A stretch of 64,000 nucleotides of DNA from contig CAUUJG010000005.1 in the NCBI GenBank assembly GCA_963545485.1, positions 5,890 to 69,889 of the forward strand. Direction: 5' to 3'. Positions within the stretch are counted from its first letter, which is position 1. Each line of letters opens with the position of its first letter. Below the pieces are notes generated by a model. It worked only from the letters and a program-made list of their open reading frames with translations, did no database searches and was not told the origin of the DNA. Position numbers and translations under genes: made by a program. Positions 17,962 through 26,701 of this stretch are shown piece by piece. This DNA comes from an uncultured Clostridia bacterium. Lineage in GTDB: Bacteria; Bacillota; Clostridia; Christensenellales; CAG-917.

Positions 17962-20175
17962 TTAGAAAATTTTTTCTATTGGCATCCATCTATTGTCTGA
18001 CATTTTCAATACGAACTCAGTGTTGTTGATATAAAGGTTATTGTCGACGTCACGAACAAAACCCCAACTTAGATGTTTTTCATTTGCATATTTCTTAAGT
18101 GCATTAAATTTATTACCAATCTGGGCATCTATATTCTTGTTTGTTCCAGCAATCTCGCCACCTTTTGTTTCAATAACCCACACCGTCCCATCTTTCTTTT
18201 TTACAATATAGTCTGGATAAAATAACCATTGTTTTTGAACAGCATCGATATATACAATTGAAAAATATTGTTGACCAGAATCGCCGTTTTTATACACCCA
18301 ATCAATATCATCTCTTCTTTCACAATACTGTTCAAATAATTGCTCACAAGTGCTTCTAATCAATCTCGTATTAAATTCAGATGTGTACCCATCATAGGCA
18401 TTACTCAATATGTCAATGACCTTTTTAGTAGTTGGATCGTATTTAAAAAAATCTTCAACTAGCATATGGAAGGTTGATGTTTTCACAAACAAATCCATTC
18501 TGCCCTGTTTAACCATTCCAGCTGTTACTTCTTTGAATTCTTCTTTTAGTTTTTTTTCATTGTTGATTATAAAGGCATAGAAGAAATCTGTATCGAGATT
18601 GAGCAGTTTCTTATATTTGTTTGTTTGTTTTTTGAACAAGCGTTCTAGAATTGCTTTTGTCTGTTTTGTTTCAAGACCAATGACTTTTTTAAGTTCATCA
18701 GTAGCATGTAACAAATAAATACCATGTTTATGCGTATTCACCTTTCTTTTAGTTTCAATTACTCGTGCTGTCTCATCACCTACTGTCTCTGTTTTTACAT
18801 AAGTACCAGTCAGTGTTTGACCAAGCAATGAATCGCCAAATACATATCCAGCATTTTCAAGTTTTAGTTGATTTTGTTTTTTATCGGCGGTTAGCTTGTA
18901 TTTCTCCACAAAGAAATCGTATATCTTATTCGAGACATCACGCTCCCCCATTATTGATAAATCACGATCACGAACTTGTTTTTCGAGCTCAAATGTTTTG
19001 CATTTATCCTTTAGAAATAGACGCCTCGTTTCGTACGCCTTATCCATTTGTTCAAGCAATCCGTTTTTCCAAATCTCGTCGAATGTATATACGAAGCAAT
19101 AGTCAAGAAGATTATCTTCATAATGTTTCGCTTCTGGCATCCTTCTAATTCTACCGATTGTTTGAATCTCAAATTGCTCACTCATTCCCTCACGAAGTTT
19201 CACTAGGATCTTTGCACGTGGACAATCCCAACCTGTGCTGATAGCTTGTTTCATGAGTAAAAAGACTGGTGTTGCATCATTGTCGGTCAAATTCTCAGGC
19301 AAATCCCGCTTGTCCTCGCTCATCCACTTACTAACAAATCCGTTCTCATATGTATAACCCATATCCCTAAGTTTTTGTTCTACTGCTTCTATTGTTTCTG
19401 GTTGTCCGTTTGGAAATTGAATTAATACAAGAGGTCTGATTTTCTTTTCTATTTCATTGTATCGTTTTTGAATAGCTTTTCTCTTTTCATCTGCAAGTTC
19501 TAATAACCTATCATAGTCATTATCTATTACTTCCCCACGCTCAATGCCTTCATTGACTGACAGTGCTTTTGTTATTAACCCTGCGTCAATCACCCTTCTT
19601 TCGTCAATTTCATAGTACTCAAACCTTTTATTCTCTCTAGCAGTGGCACTCATCCTTATTATGTGTTTGGCAGTGAAAGAGTCAATTATTGCATTTGCTT
19701 TCGCAGTATTATTGGAGTGTTCCTCATCAATTATAATGATAAAATATATATTGTTGCACCTTGCTTCATCAATTCTATCATACAATGTTTTCCGTTCACT
19801 CTCGGTTATTGCCCTATTACCAGTCTTCGTCACTAATTCCCAATTAATAAATGTCGTGCTTCCCGCTGTAAAACCGCTGGTTAAGGCATCATTTAATGTT
19901 TGTGCTTTCATGGTTGGGGCTATTTTTAGCATCTTTCGACGGCTTTGTTCCTCGAGGTCTCCTTTGCCAGGACATAACCATATAAAAGCAACATTTTTGT
20001 CAACTTTATTAAAAAACTCGTTTATGTAATTGATGAGAATTATTGTTTTACCTGAACCAGTAGGTGATTTAATCGTTACAGTCGGTTTATGATTCCCTGT
20101 CGTTAATTCAATTAACTTTATTACCGCATCTTCCTGAAAATCAAAAAGTTTGATATTCACATTTCCACTTACCAT
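17962..20175 (-). CDS. res: Type III restriction enzyme, Res subunit (SF2 helicase plus PD-(D/E)xK nuclease)
   Basis: 737 aa with Walker A SPTGSGKT, DEEH box IIIDEEH, a helicase C-terminal QTIGRIRR motif, and a C-terminal PDYIV...VIETKGG nuclease motif. The start overlaps the mod stop (ATGGTAA). Confidence 0.85.
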   Translation of the reverse strand: MVSGNVNIKLFDFQEDAVIKLIELTTGNHKPTVTIKSPTGSGKTIILINYINEFFNKVDKNVAFIWLCPGKGDLEEQSRRKMLKIAPTMKAQTLNDALTSGFTAGSTTFINWELVTKTGNRAITESERKTLYDRIDEARCNNIYFIIIIDEEHSNNTAKANAIIDSFTAKHIIRMSATARENKRFEYYEIDERRVIDAGLITKALSVNEGIERGEVIDNDYDRLLELADEKRKAIQKRYNEIEKKIRPLVLIQFPNGQPETIEAVEQKLRDMGYTYENGFVSKWMSEDKRDLPENLTDNDATPVFLLMKQAISTGWDCPRAKILVKLREGMSEQFEIQTIGRIRRMPEAKHYEDNLLDYCFVYTFDEIWKNGLLEQMDKAYETRRLFLKDKCKTFELEKQVRDRDLSIMGERDVSNKIYDFFVEKYKLTADKKQNQLKLENAGYVFGDSLLGQTLTGTYVKTETVGDETARVIETKRKVNTHKHGIYLLHATDELKKVIGLETKQTKAILERLFKKQTNKYKKLLNLDTDFFYAFIINNEKKLKEEFKEVTAGMVKQGRMDLFVKTSTFHMLVEDFFKYDPTTKKVIDILSNAYDGYTSEFNTRLIRSTCEQLFEQYCERRDDIDWVYKNGDSGQQYFSIVYIDAVQKQWLFYPDYIVKKKDGTVWVIETKGGEIAGTNKNIDAQIGNKFNALKKYANEKHLSWGFVRDVDNNLYINNTEFVLKMSDNRWMPIEKIF

Positions 20176-21889
20176 GATTCTCCAACCTCCTTCATTTCAA
20201 AATCAAAATAATAATCTGGAATTGTTTGTATTTTCACTTTATCAAAAAGCTCTATCTGCTTAGTCGATAACAAAACTTCTCTAGAAATGTATATACACTC
20301 TGGAAAATTGTTTTTATCCCATTTTGCTTCCAAATCGTCTGCAGCACTATCGTTTAATAAAACAACATATTTCTTGCCGTCAATCTTTATTCCATTTTCA
20401 AGTTGTATCATTTCACATACGTGTTCAAGTAAGGCATCTAATAAAAAGTCCTCATCTCGTGATACAAAATCTGTCTTGTAATATTTTAAATTATGTGGTA
20501 ACTCCTTCTGAATATTCTTAAGCCTTTGATAGGTGACTTCCTCGCAAATTTTATTCTCATTATTCGTGCAAAGTATATATCTGCGATTCCCGCCATCTTC
20601 TTTGTTTAATTCAATCACTGCATGACCTGTTGTACCTGAACCCGCAAAAAAATCTAAAATTATTGTGGGTTCGCTATTCTTTGTTTCTGCACTTTTAATC
20701 AAGCGTTTTAATAACTTTAATGGTTTTGGATAATCAAATTTACCTCGACCTAATATTTTGATGACTTCATTGTTCCCGTTTGTTGAATCAGTAATTATAT
20801 TTTTTAAATTCGTAGAGAACATGTCTCTAATTTTTGTAAATATCCTAAATGTGTCTCCGTCCTTTTGAAAATGAAGATTTTCTACATCTTCACAAACTTT
20901 TTTTTCAGACCATCTCCATGCATGAAATTTATGTATACCATCTGCATTGTTGTGAGGTTTTATCAAAACAAAATTTGGATCTATTTTTTTTACTACTTCT
21001 CCATCATCTATCTTGGCAGTAATTACTTCTTTCGTTCTATCATTATAATAAATGTTATAAACTAAATTTGGTCTAGTTTCTTCATTGAAGGCAGAGTTCG
21101 TGTTAAATAACTCATTTTTAATCACATACTCACTTATTTTGTCTTTATATATTCTATATTCATTGTTTTTATAAATTGAAGGCATTTCTGTCGACAATTC
21201 TCTTATGTCTCCCTTAAAAGTATGAATATTTTCACCTGTTGCCGCATATAACAAAATATTTTCATATGTCTTGACAGCTCCACCACGCCCAATTTGTCTA
21301 CCTTTAGAATTATTTATCCATACAAAATCTGAAATAAAATTTTGTTCACCAAATATAGAATCACATAAAAGTTTTAAATTATACAACTCGTTATCATCAA
21401 TACTGATAAAAATAACACCGTTTTCTTTTAGTAATTGTTTTGCTATGCATAATCGTTTTGCCATAAAAGATAGCCATTTTGAATGTCTATAGCCATCTTC
21501 TTCTCCAACCATTGCATCATCATAAATAAATTCCTTCCCCGTGTTGTATGGCGGATCAATATAAATTACATCAATTTTTCCCTTATGTGTTTTTTGTAAT
21601 AAATACAGAGAGTGTAAATTGTCTCCCTCTAGTAGAAAATTATACCCCCCCCCCGCACATTGCTTATTATTTTTTCTTTTACTTCGGTAAAAACAGGAAT
21701 ATTGCCCCGTATATTATCATCAACTGTTTCTGTATGTTCCTCCCAAACCAAACCATACTTTTTACTTTTCAAAGCACTCTCAATTTCCCCAATTGCTACA
21801 AGGGACTCATCATCTGTCTTATTTTGTTCTTTAAGTTGTTGAAGAAAATTTAGCATCTTTTCTCTCTTCAGTTTTGATATATTCCCCAT
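20169..21889 (-). CDS. mod: Type III R-M Mod N6-adenine methyltransferase, frameshifted at a G10 tract (phase-OFF as assembled)
   Basis: The ORFs 21629-21889 and 20169-21512 are two pieces of one gene. With G11 or G8 the frame reads ...RGGGGYNFLLEGDNLHSLYLLQKTHKGKIDVIYIDPPYNTGKEFIYDDAMVGEEDG..., running into the 447-aa ORF that carries motif I (LDFFAGSGTTGHA). Confidence 0.85.
21645..21654 (-). repeat. homopolymeric G10 (C10 on the plus strand) inside the mod coding sequence
   Basis: Counted directly as 10 consecutive C at 21645-21654. The reading frame breaks immediately downstream (TAG at codon 87). Confidence 0.95.
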
Positions 21890-22049
21890 TTTTGCTCCTT
21901 ATTCTTTTTTATTGGCGAAAACATGCCAAACTTTAATACATATTAATTAAATAAGAGAGAAATATCAATTTAATTTATTAGTGACGACTGCCATGAGCCC
22001 GCATCACACGGTTGTCCAATAGAATTTAGTTTGATTAAAATATTTTGAT

Positions 22050-22305
22050 AACGGTACATCTAATTCACCTAATACAAGACATCCCCCACTCCAAATCCCT
22101 TATCAAGAATATTCTACAAACCCACCGCCAACAAATCACTAACGGATAATATCAAAACTAGCCCAAACATTGCCCCTACATGCCCTAGATTTCGTGACTT
22201 TGATGTTTATGACTACATTATTCACCGTGAGATACTAACCCCTTAAATAATAGGAAATGATTATGTATGGGAATAAAATATGGGCATCGGTTAGGACATC
22301 CATTT
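22050..22305 (+). repeat. island repeat copy R4 (diverged A+B)
   Basis: Retains ...ctacaaacccac...cattgcccctacatgccctag...attat.caccgtgag...ggaaatgattatg...aaaatatgggcatcggttaggacatccat in the same order as the other copies. Confidence 0.7.
22272..22303 (-). terminator. intrinsic terminator at the end of repeat B
   Basis: The minus strand reads ATGGATGTC-CTAACC-GATGCCCAT followed by ATTTTATT. It lies 16 nt after the stop of 22319-22849. Confidence 0.5.
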
Positions 22306-22318
22306 CAACTATTTTATT

Positions 22319-22849
22319 TTAGTCAATATCTTCTTTGACATTTATGATTTTCCCTATCAAACATTTCTTCCCAATCAGTCTATTCAAAATGTCTAGCCCT
22401 GACTTATGCATCTCGATTCCAGCGTTAGAAAAACAATACTCCGTTAAAACAATAGGCATTATACCCTTTTCAAACAAGTCTACCGCTATCTTTAGAACAC
22501 AACAATCAGTATCAACTCCACAGACATGTACTTTATTTGGCACTCTGTTATTGTTTAATTTTTTAAGTAAATCTATAAAGTCATTATTAACGCAAGTATA
22601 TACTTCCTTATCAACTACTTCATCTGCTTTAATTCCATCAACCAAATCGATATCTGGATTCTTTGAAAGTTTATCCCAGTTTAAATATTTCCTAAAAGGG
22701 CTTTCTTCCTTATTTATAAATCTAGTGGCTACTACTTTATCAAAACTGCCATTCCTAGTTAGGGCTATAATTTTATCCGCTACCTCTCTAGTTTCATTCG
22801 TTTGGCAAAACCCATTCTGTATATCCACTACAATTAAAATCTTATTCAT
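22319..22849 (-). CDS. isochorismatase-family cysteine hydrolase (nicotinamidase-like)
   Basis: The protein starts MNKILIVVDIQNGF (catalytic Asp block) and contains VCGVDTDCCV (nucleophile Cys block). The ATG at 22849 lies 7 nt after the upstream gene's TGA, with RBS GAGGGA overlapping that stop. Confidence 0.8.
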   Translation of the reverse strand: MNKILIVVDIQNGFCQTNETREVADKIIALTRNGSFDKVVATRFINKEESPFRKYLNWDKLSKNPDIDLVDGIKADEVVDKEVYTCVNNDFIDLLKKLNNNRVPNKVHVCGVDTDCCVLKIAVDLFEKGIMPIVLTEYCFSNAGIEMHKSGLDILNRLIGKKCLIGKIINVKEDID

Positions 22850-22856
22850 TAATCCC

Positions 22857-24083
22857 TCATTTATTTTTATAGTTAAATAATACTGTAGCAATTGCAACCG
22901 CCAATAAGGCAATAAATAATATCCAATTTCTCCAACTAAATTGACTTTTCACGATATCCCAAACTGTTTTATACAATGATGACGCTGTGAAAACTGCTAG
23001 GAATATATCAACCACCACTTTGTTCTTTTTCTTCCTGTCTAGATTTTGTGCCTCTTTTATTTTCTTTTGAATACTTATTTGATTTGCTACTGATTTATAT
23101 AATTGTTTGACTTCTGATGTAGCTATTACCTTTTCAAGTATTGTTTTATACAGTGAACTCATATTGGCACTTATTCCATTCTCTAACTCTGAATGTGAGT
23201 ATTCAATTAAACTTGCTAGCCTTTGCAAACTCTCCATACTGCATGTACTAGTCTTGGTTATGTTGTCCATACAATTGTCGGCAATAAACCATCTAGATTG
23301 GATATATGCCTCTACTTTAATTAACTCAGAAATCAATGGTATGTTCAAAACTTCTTCATAGCTTGTTAAATTTCTTTCTGCCTCAACTGCTACACCAGAC
23401 CAAGAGTAATATGATAAGGCATTGTCTGCTTCCAATACGTACTTTACTTTTTCTGCTTTACTTGCTTTTATATTTTTATCTATATTTGCCCATTCACTAT
23501 TAGTAGTAACTTTGTTAAAAATCTTTGACTCCATTAAGTGATTAATTTCATTTTCGTTCAATGCATTCTTATTAATCAAATAAACTGTCAACACATACGA
23601 CAACCCATCGGCTTTATATGTTTTTGCCCCTGAAAATTTTCTAGTATGTGGAATCAATTTTTTCTTTACGCCCTCGCCTACTATCTTCCAACATAAATCA
23701 CGGAACAACTCCATCATCTTTTTCTCTTCTGCAAAAATTTCCTTATCTTCGAAACGATTCAATATTGCTGCTTGAGATACTTCTTTTTGATAGTTTGCTA
23801 ATAAAGCCTTGCTATATGTAAAAATTGATTTGTCGGTATTCTTCAGTGCGTTACCATCAAAGTCTGAAAGCACGAATATCCCCACTCCATTAGACAGGAC
23901 ATAACATTTTAAATGTGGCAACAAACTTGCAATGCAAATAGATGAGTCCACAAGGTCACTATTATCAAATGAAATCCCATCAACAGTCTGCCCTAAATAT
24001 TTTAAAGTGATATTGTCTTTTACCTCTATTCCATATTCTTTAGCTATATTTATGAGGTTTTGATTGAATGATTTTGCGAACAC
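22857..24083 (-). CDS. hypothetical protein with a C-terminal transmembrane anchor
   Basis: 408-aa ORF with no motif I can assign. The C-terminus has WILFIALLAVAIATVLF (TM). The start is a GTG without a visible SD, so the 5' end is uncertain. Confidence 0.5.
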   Translation of the reverse strand: MFAKSFNQNLINIAKEYGIEVKDNITLKYLGQTVDGISFDNSDLVDSSICIASLLPHLKCYVLSNGVGIFVLSDFDGNALKNTDKSIFTYSKALLANYQKEVSQAAILNRFEDKEIFAEEKKMMELFRDLCWKIVGEGVKKKLIPHTRKFSGAKTYKADGLSYVLTVYLINKNALNENEINHLMESKIFNKVTTNSEWANIDKNIKASKAEKVKYVLEADNALSYYSWSGVAVEAERNLTSYEEVLNIPLISELIKVEAYIQSRWFIADNCMDNITKTSTCSMESLQRLASLIEYSHSELENGISANMSSLYKTILEKVIATSEVKQLYKSVANQISIQKKIKEAQNLDRKKKNKVVVDIFLAVFTASSLYKTVWDIVKSQFSWRNWILFIALLAVAIATVLFNYKNK

Positions 24084-24289
24084 TGAATTTTTGAATTATT
24101 GACACTTAAACAATCATTGAAAATACACCCTAAATCAAAAGGGATAATGTGCACTTGTTGAATTGGGTTGCTTTCTATTACAAATTGCCTAGTCACATAT
24201 TTATTATACAACCTAAAATTAAATTTTCTATCACTGAATATACTAAAGTAATGGCTAGTTCATAAGCTTCGTAGTCACAACATCAACAA

Positions 24290-24335
24290 AATAAAAAAGC
24301 ACCTATTTCTAGATGCAATTTTATGAGAGCCTCGA
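24290..24335 (+). repeat. island repeat fragment (start of A)
   Basis: aaaataaaaaagcacctatttctagatgcaattttatgagagcc matches the first ~45 nt of the A segments. Confidence 0.7.
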
Positions 24336-24529
24336 GCCCTGGTCTTATAAACCCAGTTTTTAACGACTGGCTGTTCTCTCGTTACGACCTCAATCGTACC
24401 ACGCTTTTTTACGGCGTCAAATCGTAAATAAAATATAAAGGAGCTTTATAAAAATGTCAAGATGTCGTTGAAAAACAAATCTCCTAAGAGGACATTAAAG
24501 AGTTATCAATATTAATATGACACATCATG

Positions 24530-24872
24530 GAAAATGAAAAACGCCTACTTATAGATGCCATAGTATTAGAGCCTTCACCATATTCTCCCAACAACTCAAC
24601 TACACAATAACCGCATATCTAACCCACTCAAATATCCTAATTAAACACCCCCACCCCATATGTATTATTGAACATGCTCTACAAACGCACAACGACAAAA
24701 TTGCTACCTGATCATATCGAATTTACCCCAAATATCACCCCTGTGTGCCCTTGCTTTGATGATTAGGATTCTTACGATGGCATTATCAACAAAAAGTGGA
24801 CTAACCCTAGAATGGCAAAAATAATTGTGTGGAGAATAAAAAATACGGACATCAATTGGGAGATCCATATGC
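24530..24872 (+). repeat. island repeat copy R5 (A+B)
   Basis: ...cttatagatgccatagtattagagccttcaccatattctcccaacaactcaac...caaaattgctacctgatcatatcgaatttacccc...cattatcaac...acggacatcaattgggagatccata. Confidence 0.88.
24838..24869 (-). terminator. intrinsic terminator at the end of repeat B
   Basis: The minus strand reads TATGGATCTCCCAATTGATGTCCGTA (imperfect stem) followed by TTTTTT. It lies 21 nt after the stop of 24890-26104. Confidence 0.5.
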
Positions 24873-24889
24873 TTGAAACTCTACACCTA

Positions 24890-26104
24890 TCATTTGTTTT
24901 TATTGATTTGCTTAATTAAGTAGTTCAAAAGCACTTCACTGTAGTCCATTGGTATATCCTTTGTATGCTTATATAACGCATTACAAAAATCTAGGTAATA
25001 CGGATCATTGACATTTTTTGAAACTAAATAATTATAAATATCTCTGTATCTTATTTCTTTATATAACTTACTACCCTCATATAATGACAAATCTAGTTTG
25101 TTATGATTCGGTAAAAATAGAAAATACGATGCTCTTTTATGTTTCTCTCTAGCATAGTTCTCAGCGAAACTATAATACTTTGATAATTGAGATTGTATCA
25201 AACAACCATCACTAAAATCATGTCGATATGAAACTCCATTAATTCCCGATTTTATTTTGTTTTCAATAATAAGAATATTCGTATCGTCTTCAATCCATAA
25301 ATCAATATTATGAAACTCTCTTTTTATACTATATGTAGGATTTATATTGATATTTAAAATTTCTCTTGCGAAGTCTACAAATAAATAGCTGTATTTACTA
25401 AAAAAATAATTGAACATATTTGAGAAAGACAATTCATCATCCTCTTTGCCGATTAAGGTTAAAAAATTAAAATGATTATTATGTTTCTCGTTATCTATTC
25501 TAGTTATTATTTCACACCAAATCTCCTCGTCATTAATCATCCTCATAATTTCATTAAAGGAATCAGGTGTACTAATGTCGTCAACATACATATGCAGTGA
25601 CTGCTTTGCGAAACGTTTGTCCGCCATTTTATAAGAAACAATACAGTCACTAACTGTTTTATTGTAATGCGAATCTAATATAAAGATTTGTCTCTTCGGA
25701 TACAACAGTTTCTCTGATTTAAAAGTTATAGGCACCCATTCTTCTGTATCTTTTATGTAAGGAACTCCGCCATAATTAATAGGATGTTTTTTAGTATATT
25801 CTTTTAGCTCATGTGAACAAATTCCAAGTTTTTCTTTTAACCTGCATCCTTTTGCATGCACCAACTGACTTTCATCATTTAAGATACTAACCCCTATTAC
25901 TTCAAAACACCCAGTTTCATATAATCTCGTGTGAATAACTGCACGAACCGTATTATCATACCTTGAATTAAACAAGCCTTGAGGATTAATAAAGCAATAA
26001 TTTATTCCCTCATCTGAATGAAGTAAATTTATAACCTCGCCACCACCAATACCACGAGTCAAATACTCTCCAGCATACATTCTATTAATAATAATTGAAT
26101 TCAT
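24890..26104 (-). CDS. PD-(D/E)xK nuclease-family protein with an unassigned N-terminal domain
   Basis: The C-terminal half has NIDLWIEDDTNILIIENKIKSG...QLSKYY (D...E-x-K core). The ATG at 26104 overlaps the upstream TAA (TAATG) and is preceded by GAGAGGA. Confidence 0.65.
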   Translation of the reverse strand: MNSIIINRMYAGEYLTRGIGGGEVINLLHSDEGINYCFINPQGLFNSRYDNTVRAVIHTRLYETGCFEVIGVSILNDESQLVHAKGCRLKEKLGICSHELKEYTKKHPINYGGVPYIKDTEEWVPITFKSEKLLYPKRQIFILDSHYNKTVSDCIVSYKMADKRFAKQSLHMYVDDISTPDSFNEIMRMINDEEIWCEIITRIDNEKHNNHFNFLTLIGKEDDELSFSNMFNYFFSKYSYLFVDFAREILNININPTYSIKREFHNIDLWIEDDTNILIIENKIKSGINGVSYRHDFSDGCLIQSQLSKYYSFAENYAREKHKRASYFLFLPNHNKLDLSLYEGSKLYKEIRYRDIYNYLVSKNVNDPYYLDFCNALYKHTKDIPMDYSEVLLNYLIKQINKNK

Positions 26105-26622
26105 TATATTTCCTCTCTCGAGACATAACACATTGATGCTTTCTCATCTGGTAGCACTAAATAAAACTCCACATCAAACTCGTCAATAAGTTCTCTTAGT
26201 TTTTCATACACTTTAGATCCAACACATTCATGCTTATAGCCGTGATGACCCGTTCCCAAACTAACACTAATAATATTTTTATAACCCCTTTGGGCAGCAC
26301 TATTGAATATTAAATAATAACTATCAAGCAATTCCACATAAGGATTTGTTGATTCAAAGAACTTCGGACAATAGATATGTAAAATATCCACATTTAAACC
26401 AAAATCTGGCGTGAATCGTATCTCATTCACTTCCATATTTTTAGTAAATTTTTTTTGACAATAATCTTCTAATTCTCGCATGCCTGCTCGTTTATATGTT
26501 TGTCCACAAATGCCACTGCCATATAACATATATTTATTATTGCTATTAACGATTAAATCTTTGCCACCCAAATAGTCGAATAAAGTGCCAGTTACTATGT
26601 GCAGTTTGTTAGTTCTTTCCAT
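26104..26622 (-). CDS. macrodomain (ADP-ribose binding/hydrolase) protein
   Basis: 172 aa with IVNSNN...GSGICGQ and ISVSLGTGHHGY blocks. These correspond to the macrodomain NAAN...GGGV and ISFP.IStG.yG motifs. Confidence 0.7.
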   Translation of the reverse strand: MERTNKLHIVTGTLFDYLGGKDLIVNSNNKYMLYGSGICGQTYKRAGMRELEDYCQKKFTKNMEVNEIRFTPDFGLNVDILHIYCPKFFESTNPYVELLDSYYLIFNSAAQRGYKNIISVSLGTGHHGYKHECVGSKVYEKLRELIDEFDVEFYLVLPDEKASMCYVSREEI

Positions 26623-26701
26623 AAATTACCTTTGAGCATATATTACGTCACTAATGTCAAACATCTTTGCAATGCACACCTTTACTTTATTCCTTATATT
26701 T

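Noticed and set aside
24340-24440. A GC-richer patch (gagccctggtcttataaacccag...cgtaccacgcttttttacggcg) between repeat fragments, considered as a tRNA fragment or small RNA.
   Set aside because: I could not fold it into a cloverleaf or a convincing hairpin-terminator. It is most likely a scrap of foreign DNA left by recombination.
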